Notes: generated by a model not told the origin, from the sequence alone. 64,000 nt of DNA from an uncultured Candidatus Rokubacteria bacterium (GCA_963805625.1 CAWDVE010000004.1:1-64000); one strand, 5' to 3'; positions 29,818 through 39,085 are shown, numbered from the stretch's first letter. Translations and numbers: made by a program.

Positions 29818-30560
29818 ACGACAGGCTGTGGGCCGTCGTCCCGGTGTTCGACGAGGTCCGCACGCTCGGCAGCGTCGTCGAGCGGCTTCGCGCGCACTGC
29901 CCCGTGATCGTGGTGGACGACGCCTCCACAGACGGGAGCGCCGGGGTCGCGGCTCGGGCCGGCGCCGTGGAGGTTCTGCGGCACGCGCGCCGCGAGGGCA
30001 AAGGCGCCGCGCTCCGGACGGGATTCGGTGCCGCGCTCCGCCGCGGGGCAACCGCGGTTGCCACCCTGGATGGAGACGGCCAGCACGATCCAGCGGATCT
30101 GCCCCGCCTTCTCGCCGTTCACTCCGAGGCCCCGGAGGCTCTCGTTCTGGGCCATCGGTTTGGTGCCGCGGCGGGCGACCCCATCCCGCCGCTCCGGCGC
30201 GTGGCGATTCGCGCCGCGGACCGAGCTCTCGGACCCATCCTCCCGGCCCCTCTGTCGGACAGTCAATGCGGGTTCCGGATCTATCCAGGAGCGTTTCTGC
30301 GCGAGGTTGCACTGCGCGAGGGTGGATTCGTTCTCGAGACGGAAGTGTTGGTCCGGGCAGCGTGGGCGGGATACCCGCTGGTCTCGGTGCCGATCCGCTC
30401 CGTGTACCCGCGCGGCCGCCGGAGCCGCTTCCACGCCGTGACGGATGTCGCCAGGATCGCGTGGTACCTGACACGCGTCTGGTTCGGAGGCGGGGGGCGG
30501 GCCGGCATCGTCCGGCCGGCCGCCGTCGCCTCGGGAGCCCGTCTTGCGCGCGAGCTCTGA
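29814..30560 (+). CDS. Glycosyltransferase family 2 (DPM1-like)
   Basis: VVPVFDE, VVDDASTD, GKGAALRTG, TLDGDGQHDP and DSQCGFRIY; ATGA overlap. Confidence 0.92.
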   Translation: MNDRLWAVVPVFDEVRTLGSVVERLRAHCPVIVVDDASTDGSAGVAARAGAVEVLRHARREGKGAALRTGFGAALRRGATAVATLDGDGQHDPADLPRLLAVHSEAPEALVLGHRFGAAAGDPIPPLRRVAIRAADRALGPILPAPLSDSQCGFRIYPGAFLREVALREGGFVLETEVLVRAAWAGYPLVSVPIRSVYPRGRRSRFHAVTDVARIAWYLTRVWFGGGGRAGIVRPAAVASGARLAREL

Positions 30561-30738
30561 GCGGCTGCGCGCGCGCCTCCCGATGGAGCTCGCCATGCCG
30601 GCCCGACTCGACGTTCGGTGAAGGGTGGGAGCCGGTGGGGTCGATCGGCCGCGTGAGCGCCGGGCTCCTCGGGGTCGTGTGGCTGGCCATCTGGCGCCGC
30701 CGCTGGCCCGGGCTCTCGCTGGAATCGCAGCTCTCGTG

Positions 30739-31944
30739 GTGAGCGGCCGGGCGGTGGCGCGTCGGCGGCGCCTCCTGCCCCGAGGCTACGGGTTCGCTGT
30801 TGCCGGTATCGCCGTCGGGATGGCCGGTCTCGTGGCTCTGGGCGCCCTCGCCGATCGCATCAGCCGGTTCATCGACGGCGGGCACCGCTTCGTCCTGGGA
30901 CAGATCTCGGTGGCGGGTGCGGGCATCGGCACGGGAGCCGGCTTCACGGCGGGTGGCCTCCTGCGCCGCCAGACCATCGAGGCGATTCGCCGGGTCCCGG
31001 GAGTCGCCGCCATCCAGGCGCAGGTGATGCTGCCGTTGAATCCGGGTACGTCCGAGCTCTTCTCCGTGAACCAGGAGCTGGTCCTGGGCGTCGACCTCGG
31101 TGTCCCGTCGCCGAACCGCAACTACCCGATCTCCCCGATCGCCGAGGGACGGGTCCTGGTTCCCACCGACCGCGGTCGCGTCATGGTCGGCGCCGAGCTG
31201 GCGGCGGGTCGGGCGCTTCGCTCCGGATCCCACCTCCGGATCGGTGAGCGAGACTTCGAGGTCGTCGGCGTTCTGGAGCGTCTCCTCACCGCGCCCGACC
31301 GCTTCGCTGTCCTGCCGATCGAGGACGCTCGCGATCTCTGGCTCGCCCTCGACCCCACGCTCCGCGCGCTGTTCGGCGCGGGCGGCGTCCTGGCCCGGGA
31401 GGACCTCAACACCGGCGCGGCCGTGGGCTGGGCGGACGGTGTGGACCATGACGCCCTCGCGGCGCGCATTCGCCGGGAAGTGGCCGGCGTCAACGTCGCC
31501 GCGCCGGGCGAGGTGGCGCGCCAGCTTGCCGCCTCGACGGCGTTCTTCTCCTGGCTCATGGCAGGCATCGCGGGGATCGGGCTTCTCATCGGCGGGCTCT
31601 CCCTCTCGAACACCGTCGCGGCGTCGACCTTCGAGCGGATCCGGGACTTCGGGATCAAGCAGGCACTCGGTGCCACCGACCTCCAGCTCCTGGGTGAGGT
31701 TCTCCGGGAGAGCCTCGCGGTGAGTCTCGGGGGTGGCCTCCTCGGAACGACCCTTGCGGTCCTACTCGGGATTGCGGTCGACGCCCGGGCGGCCAGGGCG
31801 GGACAGGAGCTGTTCCTCTTCTCGGGCCGTCTGATCGCGTTCGCTCTCGGATTCGCGGTCGTCCTCGGGGCCGTCGCGGGCGCCTACGCGACCGTCCGAA
31901 TCCTGCGGGTGCCCCCGGCCGAGGCGATCCGCCGCGGAGCCTGA
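30739..31944 (+). CDS. ABC exporter permease (FtsX/MacB/LolCE-like); start uncertain
   Basis: N-terminal TM (GIAVGMAGLVAL), periplasmic domain, NTVAASTFERIRDFGIKQALGA and C-terminal PAEAIR. Confidence 0.85.
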   Translation: MSGRAVARRRRLLPRGYGFAVAGIAVGMAGLVALGALADRISRFIDGGHRFVLGQISVAGAGIGTGAGFTAGGLLRRQTIEAIRRVPGVAAIQAQVMLPLNPGTSELFSVNQELVLGVDLGVPSPNRNYPISPIAEGRVLVPTDRGRVMVGAELAAGRALRSGSHLRIGERDFEVVGVLERLLTAPDRFAVLPIEDARDLWLALDPTLRALFGAGGVLAREDLNTGAAVGWADGVDHDALAARIRREVAGVNVAAPGEVARQLAASTAFFSWLMAGIAGIGLLIGGLSLSNTVAASTFERIRDFGIKQALGATDLQLLGEVLRESLAVSLGGGLLGTTLAVLLGIAVDARAARAGQELFLFSGRLIAFALGFAVVLGAVAGAYATVRILRVPPAEAIRRGA

Positions 31945-31948
31945 GACC

Positions 31949-32647
31949 ATGAACACCGGCGCGGCGCTTCTCCGGGCGTCCGGCCTCGCGAAGCGCTTCC
32001 GCCTCCCGGACGGGCGTGTCCTCGAGGTACTCCGCGGGGTGGACCTCGCGCTCGCGCCCGGGGAGCTGGTAGCCGTGATCGGGCGGTCCGGATCCGGAAA
32101 GTCCACGCTCCTGAACCTCCTCGGCTGTCTCGACCGGTCCGATGGCGGGGAGCTCTGGTTCCGGGGCCAGCGCCTGACCGGGGCGAGCCGTCGGGCCATG
32201 GCCGGCTTTCGCGGCCGGCACCTCGGCTTCGTCTTCCAGACGTACAATCTCATCCCCGAGCTCACCGCGCGCGAGAACGTCCTCCTCGCCGCGCGCTACG
32301 TGGGCCGTCCGCGGGCGGAGGCCGAGGCGGCGGCGCGCGATCTCCTCCAGCGTCTGGGCGTCTGGGAGCAGGCGGAACAGTACCCGCCCGCGCTCTCCGG
32401 CGGTGAGCAGCAGCGGGTCGCGTTCTGCCGGGCCGTTCTGAACGACCCGGTCGTGATCCTGGCCGACGAGCCGACGGGCAACCTGGACGCAGAGAACGCC
32501 TGCGTACTGCTCGCGGAGCTCCGGGCGCGGGCGCGGAGCGGCCGCGCGGCGGTCCTGCTGGTGACGCACAGTGTGGAGCTCGCCCGCGCCGCGGACCGCA
32601 CGCTGACCCTGATCGACGGTCAGCTTGGCACAGAGGGGCGGACATGA
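31949..32647 (+). CDS. ABC exporter ATP-binding protein (LolD/MacB-like)
   Basis: GRSGSGKSTLL, GFVFQTYNL, LSGGEQQRV and ADEPTGNLD. Confidence 0.93.
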   Translation: MNTGAALLRASGLAKRFRLPDGRVLEVLRGVDLALAPGELVAVIGRSGSGKSTLLNLLGCLDRSDGGELWFRGQRLTGASRRAMAGFRGRHLGFVFQTYNLIPELTARENVLLAARYVGRPRAEAEAAARDLLQRLGVWEQAEQYPPALSGGEQQRVAFCRAVLNDPVVILADEPTGNLDAENACVLLAELRARARSGRAAVLLVTHSVELARAADRTLTLIDGQLGTEGRT

Positions 32648-32787
32648 TGACACCGTGCGCTCCGGCGCGATCGTGGTCATCCGGAACGAACGGCCTCATC
32701 GGGCACGGGGTGACGTCGGTCTTCGCGGCTGCCGGCTACGACATGCAGTTGGAGGAGCTGTTCCGACCCCTCCGGAGACAGGGCTGA
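32644..32787 (+). pseudogene. Remnant of a 3-hydroxyacyl-CoA dehydrogenase-type Rossmann N-terminus
   Basis: Across a frameshift at a GAAC duplication it reads AIVVI(R)N-GLIGHGVTSVFAAAGYDMQL, then stops. Confidence 0.5.
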
Positions 32788-32881
32788 CGCGGTTCTGCCA
32801 GGTCAGCTCTGGTACGCTGCGCAGGTCTGCAGCACGCCGGACCGGTGGGCTGTCAGGCAAGAGGGAACGGGAGGATCTCGT

Positions 32882-34075
32882 TTGGGGAAGGTCCAACGTG
32901 CCATCGTGCTGGGGACGGATCCTGGGGCGGAGATCGTGGTCGGGGGTCTGCCGCTGGCCGTACGGGCCGTCCTGGCCTTGCACGCGGCCGGCTTCGACGA
33001 TGTTGGGCTCGTCGTCCCGGGAAGGCCCCGATGGGCTGCTGAGCCGCTCGCGTGCCGCCGGGTCTCGGTCCAGTGGGTGGAGCCCGCCACCGACCTTTCG
33101 GGCTTCGGGGATGCCTTCACCCTCCTTCTGGCTGGAGACGTGCTCCTGGACAGCGCCGCCGTCGCGGCTCTTCGGGCCGCGCCTCCGGGCCCCGTCTTGA
33201 CCGCGGCAGGCCGGCTCGTCGGAGTCGTGTGTGGTCCTGTCGACGCGTTGACGTGTTTTCGACGTCCTGATCTCTGGACGCGGTCGCCGGGGCCCGGGAC
33301 CCGAATCGCGGCCGGCCTCGCGGTGCCGCTCGGGGTCGCCGGGTCGCGTGCTGGCCTGGAGCGGGCACTGATCCAGTCCCTCGCGGGCCGGGCGACCAGT
33401 GACAGCTACTTGGCGACCCTGTTCGACCGTCCCATGTCCAGGCCGCTCACGCGGCTGATCCTCCGGACCCCGCTCGCTCCCTCGCACGTGACGCTCCTCG
33501 GCGTGGCGGCCGGGCTTCTCGGGGCGGGGGGGTTGGCGACGGTGTCATACTGGGGGCGCTTTGGCGGAGTGATCCTCCTGCTCGCCTCCGTCGTGCTCGA
33601 TTGTGTCGACGGCGACATGGCCCGGGCGCGACTCGCGCAGAACCCGGCGGGCGCGCGGCTGGACGTGATGGGTGACTACCTGGTGCACCTGGCGGTCTTC
33701 ACCGGACTGGCCACCGGCCTCTGGCGTGAGGGGTTGCCGGCAAGCGGCCTCTGGGTGGCGCTGACCTTGATCGCCGGCGTCGGTGCGGCGATGGCAGCGG
33801 TTCACCTGCTCTTCATCCGTCCCGCCCTTCGACAGAGCGGCGACCTCCACTGGGCCGGCGACACGTGGAGCCTTCGCGGCCGGCCGGGGGCGATGGTTGC
33901 CGAGAAGCTGGCGAGCCGCGACTACACGTATCTGCTCCTGGTGCTGGCGGCCATCGGTCACCTTGAATGGTTCCTCTACGCTGCCGCTGGAGGCGCGTGG
34001 ATCTTCACCGTGGCTCTGGTCGCGTATCGGGTTTTGGCCATGCCCAGCCGCTGTCGGGACGCAGTATCCCGGTGA
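32882..34075 (+). CDS. CDP-alcohol phosphotransferase with degenerate N-terminal nucleotidyltransferase-like domain
   Basis: Signature DCVDGDMARARLAQNPAGARLDVMGD and PSHVT. N-terminal VGGLPLAVRAVLALHAAG and AGDVLLD resemble NTP-transferase elements. Confidence 0.85.
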   Translation: MGKVQRAIVLGTDPGAEIVVGGLPLAVRAVLALHAAGFDDVGLVVPGRPRWAAEPLACRRVSVQWVEPATDLSGFGDAFTLLLAGDVLLDSAAVAALRAAPPGPVLTAAGRLVGVVCGPVDALTCFRRPDLWTRSPGPGTRIAAGLAVPLGVAGSRAGLERALIQSLAGRATSDSYLATLFDRPMSRPLTRLILRTPLAPSHVTLLGVAAGLLGAGGLATVSYWGRFGGVILLLASVVLDCVDGDMARARLAQNPAGARLDVMGDYLVHLAVFTGLATGLWREGLPASGLWVALTLIAGVGAAMAAVHLLFIRPALRQSGDLHWAGDTWSLRGRPGAMVAEKLASRDYTYLLLVLAAIGHLEWFLYAAAGGAWIFTVALVAYRVLAMPSRCRDAVSR

Positions 34076-35124
34076 TGGCGTTCCGGCGCCGCGGCCTCGA
34101 GCTGGCATGCCTAGCTCTCGGTGTGGCAGTCCTGGCCGGCACCGTCTGGGCCATCGGGGCCGAGACTCTCGCCCGGGACCTTCGCACCCTGGGGTGGGGT
34201 CTCGCGGTCATCCTGCTGGTCGAGAGTCTGAGCGTCGCCTTGAACACCGGCGGCTGGGCGCTGGCCTTTCCGAGCGGCGAGCGGCCGGTCAGCGCCGGAT
34301 GGCTATTCGGTGCCCGCCTGGCCGGCGACGCCGTCAACTACCTCACCCCATCGGCCACTGTTGGAGGAGAGCTCCTCCGAGTGCGCCTGCTGGGCCCGCA
34401 CGTCTCCTCGACCCTCCGATGGGCATCCGTGAGCGTTGCCAAGATCGGCCAGTCGCTGGCCCAGGCCGTCTTCATCCTGCTGGGCCTTGCCATCGCCCTC
34501 CCGGGGCTGGCCGTGGCGCGCGGGTGGATCGGGTGGGGGGGCGCGATCGTCGCCGCCTCCGTGGCTGGTGCGGCCGCCATCGCGCCCTGGGTCGCGTTCG
34601 TCTGGGCGGTCGACCGGGGCTTCTGGACGGCGACCCGGGGCGCGCTCCGGCGGGTCCGCCTCGGCTGGCTTCTGCCGGTGTCTTGGGCCGGCCCCGGCCG
34701 CGATCTCGATGCCACACTCGCGCGACTGGGCCCATGGCGGGTGGCCGCGTCGCTCGGTTGCTTCGTTGCAGGATGGGTCGTGGGAGCGGCGGAGATCTAC
34801 CTCATCCTCCACTGGGTCGGCGGCGCGGTGGACTGGCGGACGGCGCTGTCCCTCGAGACGGGGTCGGTGCTCATCGATGGTATTCTCTTCTTCGTGCCCG
34901 CCAAGGTAGGAACGCAGGAGGGGGGCAAGGTGGTGCTCTTCGCGACCCTCGGGCTCAATCCGGCCCGTGGCCTCACAGTTGGTGTGGTGCGGCGTATCAG
35001 GGAGTTGGTCTACGCGGGGCTTGGCCTAGCCGTCCTGGGCTGGATGAGCGCTCGCCCAGAGGCCAGTCCGACTCGACTCCAGACTCCTGCCGCTGCGGGC
35101 CGGGGCAGTTCCGGGCGTGTCTGA
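34075..35124 (+). CDS. Lysylphosphatidylglycerol-synthase TM/flippase-like membrane protein (HpnL-like)
   Basis: RLAGDAVNYLTPSATVGGE, FFVPAKVGTQEGG and VRRIRELVY; multi-TM. Confidence 0.85.
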   Translation: MAFRRRGLELACLALGVAVLAGTVWAIGAETLARDLRTLGWGLAVILLVESLSVALNTGGWALAFPSGERPVSAGWLFGARLAGDAVNYLTPSATVGGELLRVRLLGPHVSSTLRWASVSVAKIGQSLAQAVFILLGLAIALPGLAVARGWIGWGGAIVAASVAGAAAIAPWVAFVWAVDRGFWTATRGALRRVRLGWLLPVSWAGPGRDLDATLARLGPWRVAASLGCFVAGWVVGAAEIYLILHWVGGAVDWRTALSLETGSVLIDGILFFVPAKVGTQEGGKVVLFATLGLNPARGLTVGVVRRIRELVYAGLGLAVLGWMSARPEASPTRLQTPAAAGRGSSGRV

Positions 35125-36595
35125 GGGTCTCGTGGCGCTCCGGACGCTGTTCCTCCATCCTCCCGCGTTCGAAGGCTTCGATGGCGGCGCAGGATCCCGG
35201 TACCAGGCGCGTCGAGAGATCCGCTCGTTCTGGTACCCGACCTGGCTCGCCCAGCCCGCCGCGCTCGTGCCCGGCAGCCGTCTGATCGACGCGCCGCCCG
35301 ACGGCCTGACCGTCGAGCGGGTGGCCCCGCTCGCCCGAGAGTACGACCAGGTGGTGATGCACACCAGCACGCCCTCCTTCGGCAGTGACCTCCGGGTCGC
35401 GGAGCGCTTGAAGGACGAGAATCCGAAGGTCCTGGTAGGCCTGGTGGGTGCCCATGTGGCTGTGCTCCCGGAGGCGTCGCTCCGCGCGGCGCGCGCCGTG
35501 GACTGGGTGGGCGTGGGGGAGTTCGACCACGCGTGCGCCGAGGTCGCACAGGGGCGGCCGCTCGCCGACGTGAAAGGTATCGCGTACCGTGACGGAGACC
35601 GGATCCGGTTCACGCCGCCCCGGTCGCCGATCGAGGACATGGACGGCCTGCCCTTCGTGGTCGACGTCTACCGGCGGGACCTGACGATCGAGAACTACTT
35701 CATCGGCTACCTCCTCCACCCCTATGTCTCGCTCTACACGGGACGGGGGTGCCGGTCCAAGTGCACCTTCTGTCTGTGGCCGCAGACTGTTGGCGGCCAT
35801 CGGTACCGGGTGCGGAGCGCCGAGAGCGTCGAGGCCGAGATGGTGCTGGCCAAGCGCTACTTCCCCCAGGTCCGGGAGTTCTTCTTCGACGACGATACGT
35901 TCACGGACGACCTCCCGCGCGCCGAGGAGATCGCTCGCCGCCTGGGCCGTCTCGGTATCACCTGGTCTTGCAACGCGAAGGCGAACGTCCCGCGGCGGAC
36001 GCTCGAGATCCTGCGGGACAACGGTCTTCGGCTCCTCCTGGTCGGCTACGAGTCGGGGGATCAGCGGATCCTGAACAACATCAAGAAGGGGCTGCGCCTC
36101 GACATCGCCCGGGAGTTCACCCGGAACGCGAAGGCGCTTGGCATCACAATCCACGGGACGTTCATCCTCGGCCTCCCGGGGGAGACGCCCGCGACGATCC
36201 AGGAGACGATCCGCTACGCGTGCGAGATCGAGCCCGACACGATCCAGGTCTCCCTCGCCGCGCCGTACCCGGGCACGGCGCTCTATCGCCAGGCAGAGGA
36301 GCAGGGGTGGCTCCCGCGGGCGACGAGCGATCTAGTGAACCGGGACGGGGTCCAGCTGGCGGCCCTGGACTACCCTGGTCTCCCGCAGTCGGAGGTCTTC
36401 GACTCGGTCGAGGCCTTCTACCGCCGGTTCTACTTCCGTCCCCGGAAAATCGTCGCGATGGTCGGCGGGATGATGCGGGATCCGGCCGTCATGCGGCGGC
36501 GGCTTCGGGAGGGCGTCGAGTTCTTCAGGTTTCTGCGGGAGCGGCGCATGAGCTCGCCCGAGGCCCGGCCCGCGGTCTCGAGCGCGGGGGGCTGA
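35117..36595 (+). CDS. hpnJ: Hopanoid-biosynthesis-associated radical SAM protein HpnJ
   Basis: N-terminus TLFLHPPAFEGFDGGAGSRYQARREIRSFWYPTWLAQPAALV, CRSKCTFC (CxxxCxxC), FFFDDDTF and C-terminal RRLREGVEFFRFL. Confidence 0.9.
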   Translation: MSEGLVALRTLFLHPPAFEGFDGGAGSRYQARREIRSFWYPTWLAQPAALVPGSRLIDAPPDGLTVERVAPLAREYDQVVMHTSTPSFGSDLRVAERLKDENPKVLVGLVGAHVAVLPEASLRAARAVDWVGVGEFDHACAEVAQGRPLADVKGIAYRDGDRIRFTPPRSPIEDMDGLPFVVDVYRRDLTIENYFIGYLLHPYVSLYTGRGCRSKCTFCLWPQTVGGHRYRVRSAESVEAEMVLAKRYFPQVREFFFDDDTFTDDLPRAEEIARRLGRLGITWSCNAKANVPRRTLEILRDNGLRLLLVGYESGDQRILNNIKKGLRLDIAREFTRNAKALGITIHGTFILGLPGETPATIQETIRYACEIEPDTIQVSLAAPYPGTALYRQAEEQGWLPRATSDLVNRDGVQLAALDYPGLPQSEVFDSVEAFYRRFYFRPRKIVAMVGGMMRDPAVMRRRLREGVEFFRFLRERRMSSPEARPAVSSAGG

Positions 36596-36607
36596 GCGGC
36601 CGAGGCC

Positions 36608-37012
36608 ATGCGCGTTCTGTTTGTCTGTCGCGGCAACATCTGCCGGAGCCGGGTGGGGGAGCAGATGTTCCAGGTCCTCACGTGGAGCGTTGAGGGCCGG
36701 GGCGACCACGAGGCGCGCTCGGCTGGCGTCGATCCGGACTCGGGTGGCCGCCCGGTGACGGGGCGGGACGTCGCGTGGGCCGACGTGATCTGCGTGATGG
36801 AGGCAGAGCACGAGATCTACATCCGGAAGCACTGGCCCGCACAGGTCCGGAAAGTGCGTGTCCTCGGGATCCCGGACATCTACGAACCCGACGATCCGGG
36901 ACTCCGTGACCGCCTCACGGAGGTGGTGCGAGGGCTCATGGCGGAAGCCTCGGGTAAGGGCTCCGGTCCGGCTCCTACTCCGGGCGGCCAGCCCTCGGGA
37001 CTCCACGGCTGA
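36608..37012 (+). CDS. Low-molecular-weight protein-tyrosine phosphatase
   Basis: LFVCRGNICRS P-loop, RSAG, WADVICVME and LGIPD. Confidence 0.9.
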   Translation: MRVLFVCRGNICRSRVGEQMFQVLTWSVEGRGDHEARSAGVDPDSGGRPVTGRDVAWADVICVMEAEHEIYIRKHWPAQVRKVRVLGIPDIYEPDDPGLRDRLTEVVRGLMAEASGKGSGPAPTPGGQPSGLHG

Positions 37013-37034
37013 GCCGCCGGCCCGGGAGCCGCCC

Positions 37035-37460
37035 TCAGGCTCGCCGGCGGTTACTGTCCCGGAACCGAATGGCCGCCCGGACGGCTGCGACCAGTTCCTC
37101 GAGGTTGAAGGGCTTGACCAGGTAGTAGAAGATTCCCGCTGCGCGCGCCGCCTGTTCCACCTCATAGGAGGCGTGGCCCGTCATCACGATGATCGGCAGC
37201 GACTCGTCGAAGCGCTTCACAACGGCGATGGCGTCCAGCCCCCCCAGACCGGGGAGCTTGAGGTCCAGAACCAGCGCGCGATAACTGGTATGCATGATGC
37301 GCTGGATCGCGTCGACTGCGCGATCGGCCGTGTCCACGTCCAACGCCTCCGCCGCCATAGCCTCGACGATCGTTTCCCGCACGCGAGGGTCGTCGTCACA
37401 GACGAGAATGCGCTCGCGTTCCACGGCCGCCTGGGACGCGCTTGCGGCATCACGCCTCAT
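37035..37460 (-). CDS. Standalone response-regulator receiver protein
   Basis: ILVCDDD, LVLDLKLPG, MTG and LVKPF: all canonical receiver residues present. Confidence 0.9.
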   Translation of the reverse strand: MRRDAASASQAAVERERILVCDDDPRVRETIVEAMAAEALDVDTADRAVDAIQRIMHTSYRALVLDLKLPGLGGLDAIAVVKRFDESLPIIVMTGHASYEVEQAARAAGIFYYLVKPFNLEELVAAVRAAIRFRDSNRRRA

Positions 37461-37481
37461 GGTCGGCTCTGAACGCTCGGG

Positions 37482-38906
37482 CTAGGAGGAGGCGGCCGCA
37501 TTGCCTTCGCTACGCGTTCCGATGGGAACCCCGTAGCGACGCAGCTTGTTGTATAGCGTCTTCGTATCGATGCCGAGGATACCTGCGACGCGCTTCTTGT
37601 TCCAGCGGTGTCGTTCCAGCGTCTGCAGGATGTGGTGACGTTCCACCTCGTCGAGCGTGAGGTCGGATACCACCTCGCCCCGGGAGCCGTCCGACGGCCG
37701 GACGAGTTCTCCCGGTTCGGCGGCTGGTTGGGCCGCCTTCGCGATCGCCGGGGGAAGAGCCTCGACCGTGAGCACCTGGCTATCGGCGAGCACCGAGAGC
37801 CGCTCGATGACATTTCGCAGCTCCCGGATGTTCCCCGGCCAGGGATACCTCGTCAGGCACACCATGGCTTCGGGAGTGACCTGAAGTCGCTCCCGGCCGC
37901 CATACGCGTTGACCCGGAGGAAGTGCTCGACCAGGAACGGGATGTCTTCCGTCCGTTCGCGCAGTGGCGGCATGGGGATCTCGATCACGGCGATGCGGTA
38001 GTAGAGGTCCTCCCGGAACCGGGCTCGCTGGACCTCCTGTCGCAGATCCTTGTTCGTGGCCGCGATCACCCGGATGTCGGCCTTGATGTGCCGGTTGGAG
38101 CCGATCCGGCGGAACTCCCCCGACTGGAGCGCGCGCAGGACTCTGACCTGGGTCGCCGGGCTCATCTCACCGATCTCGTCCAGGAACAGGGTGCCCTGGT
38201 TCGCCGTCTCGAGAAGCCCGTGCTTGAGACCGTGGGCGCCGGTGAACGCCCCGCGCTCGTGGCCGAAGAGCTCGCTCTCGAGAAGCGTGTCCTGGAGCGC
38301 GCCGCAGTCGACGATGGTGAGGGGTGTGGCGGCACGCGGGCTGTTGGCATGGAGGGCCCGGGCCACCAGCTCCTTGCCCGTGCCGCTCTCACCCTGGATC
38401 AGGACGGGGGAGAGTGTCCGCGCAGCCTTGTTGACCAATGCAAGCACGCGCTTGATCCCCGCGCTCCGACCAACGATCTCGGGAAAGGGGTCGTGGGCCT
38501 TAAGCGCGGCCTCGAGCTGGAGTGTCTGGCGCCGTCGGATGGCCTGGTCGTGGGCGGCACGCAAGACGTGGTTGAGGTCGTTGAAGTCGAAGGGCTGGGG
38601 CACGAAGTCGAAGGCGCCGTGTCGAGCGACCTCCGCGGCCGCAGTTACGGTTCCCCGGGCGGAGGTGACGACGACTTCCGGCGCCGGCGACATCGCGCGG
38701 ATCGCCCGCAGCGTGTCCGCTCCTGACATGCCGGACAGGTCCAGGTCGAGAAGGGCCACGCTGACGTCCCCTAGGGCGAGCTGGTCGATCCCCTCCTCGC
38801 CGGAGGTCACGGTGCGAACGACATATCCAAATGACGGAAGCATCCGTCCCAGGAGGGCACGGATGCCAGCGTCCTCGTGGATTATTAGGACTATGGGGTG
38901 CTCCAT
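37482..38906 (-). CDS. Sigma54-dependent enhancer-binding response regulator (NtrC family), atypical receiver
   Basis: GESGTGKE, ESELFGHERGAFTGA, LFLDEIGE, FREDLYYR, YPWPGNIREL and Fis HTH (LGIDTKTLYNKL). Confidence 0.93.
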   Translation of the reverse strand: MEHPIVLIIHEDAGIRALLGRMLPSFGYVVRTVTSGEEGIDQLALGDVSVALLDLDLSGMSGADTLRAIRAMSPAPEVVVTSARGTVTAAAEVARHGAFDFVPQPFDFNDLNHVLRAAHDQAIRRRQTLQLEAALKAHDPFPEIVGRSAGIKRVLALVNKAARTLSPVLIQGESGTGKELVARALHANSPRAATPLTIVDCGALQDTLLESELFGHERGAFTGAHGLKHGLLETANQGTLFLDEIGEMSPATQVRVLRALQSGEFRRIGSNRHIKADIRVIAATNKDLRQEVQRARFREDLYYRIAVIEIPMPPLRERTEDIPFLVEHFLRVNAYGGRERLQVTPEAMVCLTRYPWPGNIRELRNVIERLSVLADSQVLTVEALPPAIAKAAQPAAEPGELVRPSDGSRGEVVSDLTLDEVERHHILQTLERHRWNKKRVAGILGIDTKTLYNKLRRYGVPIGTRSEGNAAASS

Positions 38907-39069
38907 TAGAGGAAAAAGGCTACGGAATTTCTCCCGGATTCCACTATCCGGAGGGAGCATCGGACTGTCAATCAAATTTATTTAAGGCCCTAAGGGGGCA
39001 GTAGATGACCCTTGACGGTGAAAAGCATCGATGTGTGGAAACCTGCCCGCCTGAAGTTTATATTGCGAT

Positions 39070-39085
39070 TGGCATTACACTTGCT
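39070..39085 (+). promoter_or_regulatory. Sigma54 (-24/-12) promoter
   Basis: TGGCATTACACTTGCT with GG-N10-GC spacing, in an AT-rich region divergent from the sigma54 activator gene. Confidence 0.7.

Noticed and set aside
24684-36595. Calling the cluster ladderane or aryl-polyene biosynthesis outright
   Set aside because: The radical SAM is HpnJ-type, and the aryl starter ligase, KR and DH are absent. The product class cannot be assigned from motifs alone.
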